Assembly (NCBI RefSeq): GCF_964188315.1
Contig: NC_135655.1
Coordinates: 71,424,001-71,488,000, forward strand
Direction of reading: 5' to 3'
Origin: Podarcis muralis
Taxonomy: Eukaryota
Length of the DNA: 64,000 nt
The notes under the pieces: model-generated
Seen by the model: only the letters and a program-made list of their open reading frames with translations
Told to the model about the DNA's origin: nothing
The model's database searches: none
Made by a program: the position numbers and the translations under genes
In this document: positions 12,301-23,008 of the stretch, piece after piece
Layout of the letters: the number at the start of each line of letters is the position of its first letter
How positions within the stretch are numbered: position 1 is the stretch's first letter

Positions 12301-15283
12301 GTTGGATAAATTTGGAACCCATCATCTGCAAAAGAAGAATCCCGACGGAAGAAATGTCTGCTGTTTAACTGGATTAATATCCAGTGTGTTTTTTTCTGAG
12401 TGGGTATGCAGGGGTACGCATACCCCGAAACATTTTGTGAATCTTTGTATTTTTGTCCATTTACTGTATTTATTTTTCCTGATTTGAACTATAAAATGGT
12501 GATTTTCTTGAGTCAAAACCCCTAAACTTTTTTTTTTTAAGCACTGTTAATATCTATTGATACGTTACAGCATATTTCAGTAGGACTAATTTTTATTAAC
12601 TATAACAATGGGAAAGAACCTTCCTAACTCAAGAAATAAGCTAAAAATTTTTTTGTTCATTCCGTTATTTCATAAGCTTTAAATACCGCTTGTTTCTAAA
12701 CAAAAACAAAAACCAACAACTTCAAAGTGGTTTACAAAGAGAGCATAAAACAATATAATGTAAAGTAAAAACAGTTTAAAATGGGCATTTAAGACATTTT
12801 TAAAAAATTAAAAACAGCAATAAACTAATATTAACATTCTATGTATCTGGACTGGCTTGTCTTATAAAAGAAAATTAGATACTTGATGCAGTGTAGATGA
12901 CAGGGGAGGGGGGAATTATAGTGCTTTATCAAGTTCTTTTAACACTTTAAGGAAGTGCTGACAAAATATTACAGAATATATAAAATGAAATCACCAGCAA
13001 CAAGTATTTATTTCTCCCTGCTCCTGAACAGTTAAGAGGCTGCAATGTTTTTTTAATCCTCACTTATAACTATAATGAAAACAAGTTATATTTTTCCTCA
13101 GTTCCAAGCTACAAGAAGAGAGCAAGGAATGTGCACAACCTCAATAATACACATGAAATCAATAAAGTCAGGTTGTTTTGAGAATGTGTGTTCACTTTGT
13201 ACTTACTGTTCGTGCCAAATCTCTGCATATAACATTACGGGTCAAGAGCTGCAGTTTAATATCCGTGTCCCACTTTCGGCAGTTCTGAATGTATTCATGG
13301 CTTCCTACACCGTGCTTACTATAAAAGAAATGCATGTGGTTGCCTACCATTTCAAATTTGCAAAACGTTTTCTAAAAGATTTTCCTGGAAAGTAATAGTG
13401 ACTGGAATCTGGAAGGCAACACTGTGGTCAATGCAGACGTAACATGCCTTTGCAGTCAACATGTACTCCCTTCCTCTTCTCCCACTCACTACTGCCCTTG
13501 CTTCTTCTCTTTTTCTTTGTTAACTATGGCTTTGCATAGTTGTGTGATGAGTCTGGGAGATACAGCAGGCTTCAAAACCACCCAATAAATCTGTTTGAGA
13601 GGTGGAGGACCCTCTCTCCCAAACAGATTTTAGGTGCAGAGTGGAAGAGGAATCAGCAAAAAATCTTCTTGGCTATACATACAAGTCCACCCCACCCCCC
13701 AGTGTCTACATGACATCATCATCAAAATGAGAGCCTGCATTTAATCCAGATTTACTCTTTTTGCAGAAAATCCAGTAAATTAACAAACATTTGCATTATT
13801 TGCAATATTCTCTTTCTGAAAGCACCCTAAAAAAAAGGTAAAGGTACCCCTGCCCGTACGGGCCAGTCTTGACAGACTCTAGGATTGTGCGCTCATCTCA
13901 CTCTATAGGCCGGGAGCCAGCGCTGTCCGGAGACACTTCCGGGTCACGTGGCCAGCGTGACATCGCTGCTCTGGCGAGCCAGAGCCGCACACGGAAACGC
14001 CGTTTACCTTCCCGCTAGTAAGCGGTCCCTATTTATCTACTTGCACCCGGGAGTGCTTTCGAACTGCTAGGTTGGCAGGCGCTGGGACCGAGCAACGGGA
14101 GCGCACCCCGCCACGGGGATTCGAACCGCCGACCATGCGATCGGCAAGTCCTAGGCGCTGAGGTTTTACCCACAGCGCCACCCGCGTCCCCCTGAAAGCA
14201 CCCTAAGCCCACTTAAATATTGAGAGGGAAAGTATCTGCTTACTTCTGCAAAACTTCTTCTTGTCCACAAACCTTCAAGATATAACTGTCAATGTCTACA
14301 TCATTCAAGTCATCGTGAACCCAGCAAAGTGCTTGCATTATTATAAGCTCAACTGGAGAACTTGCTATTTAAAGACAAAAAAACAACAACATAGAAGACA
14401 ATAGTTAAGAAAGTACTATTTTATTCTGCACTAACTCTTGAGGTTTCTCCAATTTAAATGAGTTAATAGACGTTTATATGAAGTATAATTTGTATTTCCA
14501 GCTGATTTAAGTGCAGAAGTCCTTTAAAGACATAAAATCCAGTACAAGGTAACTTATTAGGGGAGTGGTCACTATTAGAGTGACCTGGTAACCATACCAG
14601 AATATGCAGTGAGTTCTATGAGGGTTCTCCATAAAAAGATCAATGACATGTCTGCAAGTTTTCAACTACAAGGAAAATGATTTGTTCATTATACTTTAAT
14701 TTAAACTGTTTTATTTAAGAGAGTGGCGGTGATAATCTAAATAATAAAATGTTACTTTAGAACCCAAGATAGCCAACTTTATCACACGGGAGATGGCTTA
14801 TTCCCAGACTTATTTAAAAGGCTGACATGACATGCAAATTTGACCAGGCTGCCCAATAGACTTGAAACACTTAAACTAGTTCTAGTAAAAACAAAAACCC
14901 AAACCCAGCCCATTTAACGGTTCCCTAATAATTACACCAGACGCATTTGATAAGAGGAATCTTATCTACTGATATTTACAACCAACTAAAACATAAACTG
15001 TAGAATAATGACTATTCTCCTGTGTGCTAATAATTTACGATGCATATAATTCTTGGAATTTTCATCTTGATGTAATCTTTTGATCTATGGAAACATCATT
15101 TATAAAAAAATGAAAACACCCATACCATCACATGTAAATATCACTGGCTGTTGGAAACCTTCAATTTCTATTGAAATCTTGATGCTTGAGTTCTCTCCAC
15201 TGATGTTTCTTTGCAACATTACTGGGCTCAGCACAAAGCCTGAGTTTGTATCAAGATTGTCATGGGGAAACTTGGTCCTCAAC
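95..15283 (-). CDS. PIK3C2A: PIK3C2A (class II PI3K C2-alpha), partial multi-exon CDS covering Ras-binding, helical-bundle, PI3K-type C2 and start of PIK helical regions
   Basis: 13 exons with GT-AG ends and consistent phases: 15126-15283, 14244-14364, 13207-13318, 10589-10668, 10420-10483, 9362-9505, 7988-8030, 7695-7905, 7485-7607, 6456-6623, 4153-4261, 2467-2609, 95-283. Translation matches recalled vertebrate PIK3C2A (e.g. [42 protein letters not shown]). N-terminal exons not seen; 3' part lies outside the window. Confidence 0.97.
288..341. repeat. (AAAG)13 microsatellite
   Basis: Uninterrupted tetranucleotide run abutting a PIK3C2A acceptor. Confidence 0.98.
456..715. mobile_element. 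Tc1/mariner-superfamily (Tigger/pogo-like) MITE
   Basis: 17-bp perfect TIR CAGTGGTACCTCTGGTT, TA target duplication on both sides. Confidence 0.88.
1638..1897. mobile_element. Tc1/mariner-superfamily MITE (CCGTATTT-type ends) with central perfect palindrome
   Basis: TA-flanked TIRs c(t)gtattt...aatacgg; 35-bp inverted repeat 1723-1757/1767-1801; sister copy at 45733-45968. Confidence 0.85.
2467..2609 (-). CDS. PIK3C2A: PIK3C2A exon
   Basis: 143 nt, [16 protein letters not shown]...[20 protein letters not shown]; ttttcag / gtatgt. Confidence 0.92.
2980..3330 (-). mobile_element. L2-like LINE 3' fragment
   Basis: Similar to 29870-30212, 52400-52570 and 59600-60470 (ggcctccctg..., cagcactttgaatt..., aaactaattggcagcc); boundaries approximate. 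Confidence 0.6.
4153..4261 (-). CDS. PIK3C2A: PIK3C2A exon (C2 domain end)
   Basis: 109 nt, [13 protein letters not shown]...MERIVLQ; ccgtag / gtaatg. Confidence 0.95.
5514..5871 (+). mobile_element. Sauria SINE (variant subfamily)
   Basis: tRNA-like head, (ACCTTT)n tail, 17-bp TSD ctagaaagtggaggatg at 5498-5514 and 5872-5888. Confidence 0.9.
6456..6623 (-). CDS. PIK3C2A: PIK3C2A exon (C2 domain)
   Basis: 168 nt, [55 protein letters not shown]; ttacag / gtgagt. Confidence 0.97.
7485..7607 (-). CDS. PIK3C2A: PIK3C2A exon (C2 domain)
   Basis: 123 nt, [41 protein letters not shown]; ttacag / gtaagt. Confidence 0.97.
7695..7905 (-). CDS. PIK3C2A: PIK3C2A exon
   Basis: 211 nt, [20 protein letters not shown]...[26 protein letters not shown]; ttttag / gtgagt. 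Confidence 0.95.
7988..8030 (-). CDS. PIK3C2A: PIK3C2A small exon
   Basis: 43 nt, [14 protein letters not shown](G); phase 0/1 links the neighbouring exons; gcacag / gtaagt. Confidence 0.88.
8109..8914. mobile_element. Long GC-rich MITE of the CCGTATTT-type family
   Basis: Ends homologous to 1638-1897 and 43061-43229, TA flanks, several nested inverted repeats. Confidence 0.8.
9362..9505 (-). CDS. PIK3C2A: PIK3C2A exon (helical bundle)
   Basis: 144 nt, [48 protein letters not shown]; caccag / gtaatt. Confidence 0.96.
9760..10106 (-). mobile_element. Sauria SINE
   Basis: Reverse complement of the family at 24038 and 39046; starts with aaaggtaaagggacccctgaccattaggtcc. Confidence 0.9.
10122..10378 (+). 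mobile_element. Penelope-like element pseudo-LTR fragment
   Basis: TATA-like tatatataaggg then tctgaagaagtgtgcatgcac..gaaa...ttagttggtctctaaggtgctactgg, a terminal motif recalled from reptile Penelope-like repeats. Confidence 0.7.
10287..10324 (+). ncRNA. Putative minimal type I hammerhead ribozyme (probably degenerate copy)
   Basis: Stem I GUAU/AUAC, core CUGAAGA(A), stem II GUGUG/CACAU, GAAA, 1-bp stem III, UC cleavage motif at 10319-10320. Confidence 0.6.
10420..10483 (-). CDS. PIK3C2A: PIK3C2A exon
   Basis: 64 nt, [21 protein letters not shown]; tttcag / gtaagc. Confidence 0.93.
10589..10668 (-). CDS. PIK3C2A: PIK3C2A exon
   Basis: 80 nt, [26 protein letters not shown]; ttttag / gtaacc. 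Confidence 0.93.
11606..11927. mobile_element. Tigger/pogo-like MITE
   Basis: TIR cagtggt(a/g)cctcgcaa, TA flanks; related copy inverted at 57036-57332. Confidence 0.87.
13207..13318 (-). CDS. PIK3C2A: PIK3C2A exon (Ras-binding domain)
   Basis: 112 nt, [37 protein letters not shown]; ttatag / gtaagt. Confidence 0.96.
13831..14191 (-). mobile_element. Sauria SINE (same variant as 5514-5871)
   Basis: 15-bp TSD ctgaaagcaccctaa at 13816-13830 and 14192-14206. Confidence 0.9.
14244..14364 (-). CDS. PIK3C2A: PIK3C2A exon (Ras-binding domain)
   Basis: 121 nt, [39 protein letters not shown]; aaatag / gtaagc. Confidence 0.96.
15126..15283 (-). CDS. PIK3C2A: PIK3C2A exon (start of Ras-binding domain)
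   Basis: 158 nt, [21 protein letters not shown]...[20 protein letters not shown]; ttacag / gtatgg. Confidence 0.96.
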
Positions 15284-15795
15284 CTGTAAGCAATATGTAT
15301 GTAAGTTCCTTGCTCTGATGAAGATAAAGTACACTTACATGGAGTTCACAATGTTACTTATTTCATAGTAAACAGAGTTAGATTCACACAGTTAATTCAT
15401 TTGCCTAAAAACTGTTTTACTTGTTTCCCTCCACCCTATGAGACAAGTCATTGGCCTTGTACTCATGGAACCTAATGTTCCATTATCCTAAAAATCTCAA
15501 AATATCCAATCTATACAAAATACATCTGAATCAGATTTCAAAAGCGAACAAGTTGATGCAAATCTACCCATCATGGAATAAATTATGTAATCACAGAATT
15601 CAACATTTCCTAGTGCACAAATCTCAGGTTCCCCTTTCCCCCAATTCTCCATTACATAGTATTGTAATAGCTCAGGAATAGAGGAATGGTAAAACATCCT
15701 ACAGCCAGACGAATATGCAGTAAAAATTCAGAAATCAATCTTAGTGTTTTGCTGCTTTAATAACTATAAAAAAATGCATTTTTCCTCCAAACTAG

Positions 15796-15995
15796 NNNNN
15801 NNNNNNNNNNNNNNNNNNNNNNNNNNNNNNNNNNNNNNNNNNNNNNNNNNNNNNNNNNNNNNNNNNNNNNNNNNNNNNNNNNNNNNNNNNNNNNNNNNNN
15901 NNNNNNNNNNNNNNNNNNNNNNNNNNNNNNNNNNNNNNNNNNNNNNNNNNNNNNNNNNNNNNNNNNNNNNNNNNNNNNNNNNNNNNNNNNNNNNN
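15796..15995. other. Assembly gap (exactly 200 N, probably placeholder length)
   Basis: Run of N; the round length suggests a scaffolding join of unknown true size. Confidence 0.99.
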
Positions 15996-16771
15996 GAAAT
16001 TGCCGCATTGTTTGCCCGTTATTTCCTTGTAGTAGGTACTTCCAGTACAGTAATGTCTGTACTGTACTTAGCTTTCTTCCAGCTAAGTACAGACATTAGC
16101 TCTAGAGGTGTTGTAATTAACCTTCTAATTTGAGGCAGGATTTGCTGAACTATAGACTCTAAGTCAGAGGTTCCCAAACTTATTTGGCCTACCACTTCCT
16201 TTTTTAAAAAAATTGCTCTCACAAGAAGTCAATATGGAGGCCATTTGCGGGATAAAGGAAGTTTTTTATTTTTATGTTATGTTTTCTTTGTGTAAGGGGA
16301 TAGGAGTTTTATTTTGATAATTAAATTGTCAATGGTGGTGGGTTTGTTTGTATGTATGGGTTGTTGTTGACTATGTTGTAAATAAAAATAAATTTTTTTT
16401 TAATTGCTCTGCAGCCCCCTGGAAATATACCTTCTTTAAGCGAACATACAGAAAGGTGCTGCAGCCCGCCTGCCCGCCTTCCTTTTCTGTTCCTGTTTAA
16501 TAATAATAGTCAATCTCCCTTCCTAATTTCCTTCAAGGCTCCCTCAGCCTCTTTCCATTCAGAGAAAGGCGGGGTGGTGGCTTCCTGGCTCAGCAGGAGA
16601 CTTAAGTGGAGGAAGGAGGACAGAGTGTGTGTGCGTGGAGCAGGGGGACCCAAAGGCTTTGAAGCAGCCCTAGACTGAGTCTTCTCCTTTTGTCCTTTCC
16701 TTCAGTCTGACGGTTGCTTCTGTTCCCCTCCCTTTCTCCTCTCCCTTACTTTCCCTCACAGACACCTAACA

Positions 16772-17354
16772 TGTCAAGGAGCTTGAGGAGCTGGATCTAG
16801 TGCTGAGGATCTCCTTGAGAGGCCATCAGGAGGAGACACCTGCTGAGGAACATTTTTGCTGTCACGGGAGAAGGTGGGCCCGGCTTCCAGTCCTCAGGAA
16901 TACTGGCACCAAAAGGTCCGGGTCTTGGCTGAAGAACAACAGCATAGTATGCGTTGACAGACCTAAGAGTCATTGCGTGGCTTGTAAGCAAGCAGTTCCT
17001 GAAACATCTTCACTACCAGCAGCTGTGGTTAGGGTGTGGTCTACAAGAAGGGAGTTTACAATGTCTCCCTCTCGGGCCTTCTGTTCTCTGGAAACAACAT
17101 AGGTTTTGGGCTCCTTGGTGTAATTTGCATGCTTTGCTGTGTTGTATCTTGCCTGAACTCCCTGTGATATTGACCTTTGACCGTTGCTTGACTTTGCCTC
17201 TGGATCATGTTTTGGACCTGAAATTATCCCCTCCGCTTGACCCTGGTTTGTTTGGACTGTGCTGCACCTTCAGCTTTGCTCTCCTTGGTGAATATTTTGC
17301 CAAGTTGCTTCTAAATCCTGTGAGGGCCCTGAGGACACCCACTGGAATGTGACA
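16772..17354. mobile_element. Probable solo LTR
   Basis: 583 bp bounded by TGTCA...TGACA, composition distinct from flanks; no clean TSD seen. Confidence 0.45.
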
Positions 17355-17735
17355 CAGCAAGAAGGAATTGCAGCTGTTCACTTAAGACTAGGGAAAGTAA
17401 AGGGGTACGCCCAGGTGAGTGGTTCCTTGTCCCTGGATGGACTGTAAGAATTTACAGTAGCTTATTCCTATCTGCATAGCTCCATCCTGGGTTTTATTAC
17501 TTGGTCACATTAAGTGTGCTGCTATGTTGGAACTGATTGATCTGGCCTAGTTATCTCTGAAAGAACCAGCAAAATAATATATGTTATTCTTGGTTTGTTT
17601 TTTTACTGCAATTTATCTGCAGGCTAAAGAATACTAATTATCCTACAAAAAGAGAGAAAAAGACTCAGTAAAGGAATATAGTAAAAGAAATTTAGGGAAG
17701 TTTTTAGTGTTTTATTGTTCTTTTAATTCTTTTGG

Positions 17736-17797
17736 GAGCTGCCCAGAGTGGCTGGGGAAACCCAGCCAGATGGGCGGGGTATAAATAATAAAATTTA

Positions 17798-17853
<56 letters not shown>
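17736..17853 (+). mobile_element. L2-like 3' end with (ATT)n tail
   Basis: gcccagagtggctggggaaacccagccagatgggcggggtataaat followed by ~58 nt (ATT)n; inverse copy at 29870. Confidence 0.75.
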
Positions 17854-20590
17854 CATTAAGTGACGGAGGGGAAGCAGCAATAACAAGAGGAATACCAAAA
17901 AGTAGAACACGATGGACGAGATAAAGCTATTCAATTAATATCAAAAACCCTAAACAACTTGGACCCCTAATAAGTTTTTATATAAGCCCAAGAGCTTCTG
18001 CATGCCTGGGATAATTCTTATTTCCTTTTGGATTGAAGACCCTCTTGCCATATGACAAACTGCTTTTTAACTTCTCCCATTTTCAAAAGTGGTTTCTCAC
18101 GTAGTGTGAGCAAAAGGAGGGACAGCTGTTTAAGATACACAAGTCTCAATCTTCTTTAATGTACAAAACTCACTGCATGGTTCTTATGCATTGCCAGGTG
18201 TAATTTTAAAGTTTGTTCACACATTTTAATCTATGCAGGGTATGGACTTCATGCCACAGGCAGTAAGTGCATAAAATGTTTTCCGTGGGTACTAGACCTA
18301 ATTGACCCATGTTAGCCGCTGAAATCAATTACTAATTTTGTTGTTCAGCTTTCTGTTTCATTAGTGCTTCCAAAAGTACTGACTTTTGGCCATTCTATAT
18401 CCAATTATCTAAACCCTGAAGAATCCACCTCCCTGTGCTTCTTCATATTTTGCTGGTGAGATCATGTTGTTCCTTGACATAATTGACACATTGCTGTGCA
18501 GCTTCAAACAAAGTCTAACCAAGGCTGCAGTTGTGACTATTGATTGTGGAGAGCAATGACAATGAGATTTCTCTTCAGTTACTCTAAAACGGCAACCAGT
18601 GTGTGTCTGTATAATGGGGGAAGGGGTTAACTGCAAATAAAATACTACAAACAAAATTTACTAAAACAGATGGGCAAAATAGATATTTATTTTTAATTAC
18701 TGCACATGGAACGCTTCATCAGGCGGAATGGAAAGGTGATTTGTTTACCACTTAGGTTGTCTCTGCACTCAGAGGCTGGTGCCCATTGAGACTGCTAGGG
18801 CAAAAGGAAGGGAGCCCAACAGTAGGTGGAGCCAGAGCCAATGACAGGCAGAGTCAACTAATTATAGTTTCATCTCCATCCTCCTTCCTGCTGAATTCTT
18901 CAGTGGCAACGCTGCCAGAAGCTGCCAGCCAGTGTCATTCTCTAGAGTCTAGACTGGCTGTAATTGCTCCACCAACCCTCCACTGATCCGCATTATACAC
19001 AAAATGCTCATGGCATTCTGGATCCCAGGGGGATTGGATTTTGTTCTCCATCCCATGTCTACATAAAAGCAGTTCTCTCTCAGTGCCAGGGCAGGGATTA
19101 GGATTAGCCTGTTTAGGCAGGATAACTCCTCCTATCTAATTTCCAGGGTAATTCTCCATAAGGGAGAGGACACCCTAGATGTGTAGCATTTGGTTAAGAA
19201 ATAAAGCTTTTAAACTTCCATTGATGTCTGGTTGTTTATCCTAATATCCTTGCATTGCCTTTCAAATAAAACTCCTTGGCTGTGTTCCCAGACCTGAAAA
19301 CCTTGTCACACACAGCAAGGCTGTTGTTTTGAAGTTCCAACTCTCAAATGGGATCGTAGCAAAACAACAACTTCATTGTGCATCTTCTCATAGCTCTACA
19401 ATTTCTGTGGTTAATCGGAAAAATAATTGAAGTTAATGTGTTGAGAATTATCCAAAGCTTATTCCACATTGCTTTTTTTGTCAGCAGAGACTGGTGTAAT
19501 AAACTACGTGAAAGCTGCATGTAATTCTTAAAATTAAGTATCTGACTGGCATTTCTCTGTGAATTTTTAAGTATGCTAATTGCTACAGATACCAAATGTT
19601 CTTTTCAGATATGCCCTCAATAATGGCAAGTGAAGCAACAATTTAAAACTGAGGGTACATCTTTCTGACATTTAAGATTACAGCTTGGCGCTTGAATAAC
19701 TCTGTCAAGACCTTAACTGTGCTCATTTATTCAATATTTAAAGTTCTTCTTGTGATAAAGACACTTCTGTATCTACTGGTGCTCGGTGGAAATTAAGAAG
19801 GAATTTCAGAAATTAAAATCACATTTATTTCCTTTGATGTTTTATTAGGACTATAAAAGCTTTGTTCTCTATGTGGCCTACTGTCACGGCTCTCAAAGTG
19901 TGAGAATGAGATACAGGAAGTTGCTAAGGAGATTGGAGCAATTGCCAAACCCTTCCAAGTCTAGTTCTGTGAATTATTTCATTGGAACAGGAAACAAAGT
20001 GCTCTCATACAGCTTTCTTCCAGTAAAACAGGCAGCTGAGTGAACCATCCTGCATCCATACCAGTCTGGTGTTACTCTCAGAAACAATATAACAGTATTT
20101 TTTGTTTGCTTGCTTGTTTAGATGCCCCTCACAACCCAAGACTTGAAACTGTATTTTACATAGCTTGTGCATAAATCCAGCGCTGGTTGTTAATGGTAAC
20201 ACCCCAGGATCAGGAGAATAGATGAGATCTGTTGAAAAAAGACCCAGCATTAGGAGGATTGACCCTGCGGCAGGATCTGAGAGCCTTGTGGATGCCGGGA
20301 AGTGTTTCAACTTGTCTTTCATCACTGAGCCCTACTCTGATAGGAGAACTACAAGATGGATGTATAGGATTATAGAAAAAGTAATGTGGCAAGACCTCAC
20401 CCTTATAAAAACTTGAAGGCCAGACTTCCTCTGTGTGAGCAATAAGGGGACTGAGCTTCCTATTGTTTCCTGCCACAGATTCACTTTTTGTTATTGCAAC
20501 TAACAAGAGTCCTGTTCATGCCTTGTTATACAGATTGTGCATACACATAGCCTTTGAAACACGCATGGGTCTTTTTTAGTGTTCTTTTGT

Positions 20591-21578
20591 CATAGCTGTC
20601 AACTTACAGATTTGAAAATAAGGGACCAGCAGCCTTGAAAATAAGGGATCAGCAGCCAAAATAAGGGACCTGCAGCCTCACCTGTTCCAGGCACTCCAGT
20701 CTTCCTGTCCTCCTGCAGTCTGGTCAAACTCATGATGGTAGCTTCGAGAACACTGTCCAACCAACTTTGTAACCAGAGGTTCAACTGAATAGAATCTGAA
20801 TCACATGCACCACAAGGCCTATGCAGCCTCAACTTAAGATGGCTCCCCGGCCTGGCTTTGCATTGCAAAGTTTGCAGCAGCACGTGCAACAAAATGCATT
20901 CCAGCATTCAAAAAACCCCTCAGCTTGCATTAACTAGCGACACACACACAGCCTCCCCACCTCGCCACGAGATCGCCAGTCACCCACCATTTTAGTCAAC
21001 CAGCTCCTTTCTCCCCCCCCCATAAGTCAATCGAAGGAGCCTCCAAAACAAATTCAAAAGCCCCCCCCACGAGATCTCCTTTCCTTTCCCCCCCACCATG
21101 TGCCCCCGCTCCAGACAGACCTTTTCACCGGCAAGGGTGAGTGGGCCGTCGATGACGTATCCATCCGATTCTGATCCGAGCACTCAGCAAAGGTATGCTC
21201 AACTTCTGAGCCCCTCTGAGCCAAAGGCAGAAAGCCCAGCCAGCAGCCAAATGAAGCCTCAAGGAAAACCACCGTCACCTCTCTGCTGGGAAGCGCTGAG
21301 CAAAGGCGAGTCCCCAGGCAACGCAGCCGATTTGATCAGCACAAGGCATGCAAGCTCCACCCCCCAGTCACTCTTAGACTTCTTACTGGGTGAGCAACAC
21401 AGCCAAGCAACAAAGTTGGAGTCTCCCTCCTCCCTGGCCGGCAGGGAGGGAGAGGAGCTGCTTCCTTCGAAATTTAAGGGACATCATTTAAGGGACATCC
21501 ATCAATAAGGGACAGCAGCGGGACATGGCGCTGGAATAAGGGACTGTCCCTTCAAATAAGGGACGCTTGACAGCTATG
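20591..21578. mobile_element. Non-autonomous hAT element
   Basis: 12-bp perfect TIR CATAGCTGTCAA, 8-bp TSD tcttttgt/gcttttgt (7/8), subterminal AATAAGGGAC repeats. Confidence 0.85.
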
Positions 21579-22854
21579 GCTTTTGTACATTGCAGACTGG
21601 TCTGCAATCAGTCAAGAGTTTGCACAGTAGTCTCAGGCCTTCTTCTGCTGCTTCAACAGCCCCATGTGGTATTTATTGACAGACATGGGCCCTAGCATCT
21701 TGTTTTTTAGAAGTGAAGCTATGCACACAGGCAGGGAGGAGGACTATACACCAGTACTACACTTCTCTGAGTTACAAGGAAGGGATTTTGGACAGCAACT
21801 ACTCTGTTGCCAAAACATATGGAAACAAGCCTTAATGAGACTAGCAGAGGAATTTAAATGCAATGAAGGTTTGTTCATTTGAACTAAATCTTTGAATGAA
21901 CATTGGTTTGAAGAACCACATATATTTTCCAGGATATATACCCCAAGAACTGATAGACATGGAAATGACAGTTGATGCATGGCACTGAAAGCATTCTAAA
22001 TTAAGCATCATTTTCAGGAAGAAACTAGATTTCTTAGCAACAGGTATGTGGTATGTTTTTGCCAAGTGCTATTTCCTCCTTTTTCGAGAAAAGGAAAACA
22101 CTTGGCAGTCTGCAGATTTTTTTGCTCTCACTGGGAAATAGATCATGTTTTGCTGCAGCTGTCTGCTAAGAAATGGAAGAGTTGTTTTGTGAGGATTACC
22201 GGCAATGTGTGTTTCCCTCTTTTCAGTATAAATAATCATCCCAACTGTAGTGAAAGCACTTTGCTTATTTTGTGTGTGGGTAGCATTTACTGTGGAACAA
22301 TGTGGCCGACAGCAATAAACACATTTCTTCAAAGTTTAACATGGTTTTATATTCAGGCCTATTGAAGATCTGCCAGCTGAGAGACTATAGGATTTGGCAT
22401 AAGCCCCACAACACAACAGATGGTCCCTTCCAACTCTACAATTCTATGTGTCTATGGATACGCCAGCATAGCTCCCCTAATACACCAGTGATCCCCTCCT
22501 GAAGCCCCTTTCCCCTGCAATCATATCAATTGGAAGACTTGTGTTTAGGTTTGACTATACAGAAAAAAGATTTATGTACAGCACATTTGTTTACAACCTT
22601 TAATTTAAAACTATTTTGACTTGCAGGGTGGTGCACTTAAAAAACCCCACTTAATGGCCTTATTTTACCAGATGCACAAGCTTCTATGTTTCATAAGCTA
22701 CTATATCCAGTAGGGGCAAGGATTCTGTACAATTAATAATTCCCTCCTCCATCTAAGCTATACTACTGCTATCTTGCCTTGCTTGATTTGTCCCCAGCTA
22801 GATAGACTTCTGACCTGACTCAAGTGCATGTCTACCCAAAAGTAAATCCTGCAT

Positions 22855-23008
22855 TGGGGTTAATGGCTCCATCAGTACAGCATGAGACTCTTAATCTCAG
22901 GGTTGTGGGTTCGAGCCCCACATTGGGCAAAAAGACTATTGCATTGCTGGGGGCTGGACTAGATGACTCTTGTGGTCTCTTCCCACTCTACAGCTCTATG
23001 ATTCTATA
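22855..23008 (+). mobile_element. tRNA-Lys(CTT)-derived SINE with CR1-type 3' tail
   Basis: agcatgagactcttaatctcagggttgtgggttcgagcccc followed by ggactagatgac...ctctacagctctatgattcta. Confidence 0.8.

Noticed and set aside
15996-16075. Possible PIK3C2A exon just right of the gap (YLLQGNNGQTMRQF resembling LLQE...MAAF)
   Set aside because: Only a few scattered identities, wrong spacing and no convincing acceptor context; treated as chance
17704-17934. ORF with poly-Ile run
   Set aside because: Translation of the (ATT)n LINE tail
19344-19595. Minus-strand ORF as candidate PIK3C2A N-terminal exon
   Set aside because: No frame resembles the known N-terminus (no MAQI, FDWLDLDP or DPWDAV motifs) and it is far too short
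21098-21508. 136-aa Ser/Pro-rich ORF inside the hAT element
   Set aside because: Low complexity, no transposase motifs
22861-22930. tRNA-Lys(CTT) gene (also 33121-33190 tRNA-Ile-like and 40530-40600)
   Set aside because: Acceptor stem and D-arm are degenerate and each continues into a CR1-type tail; these are SINE heads, not tRNA genes
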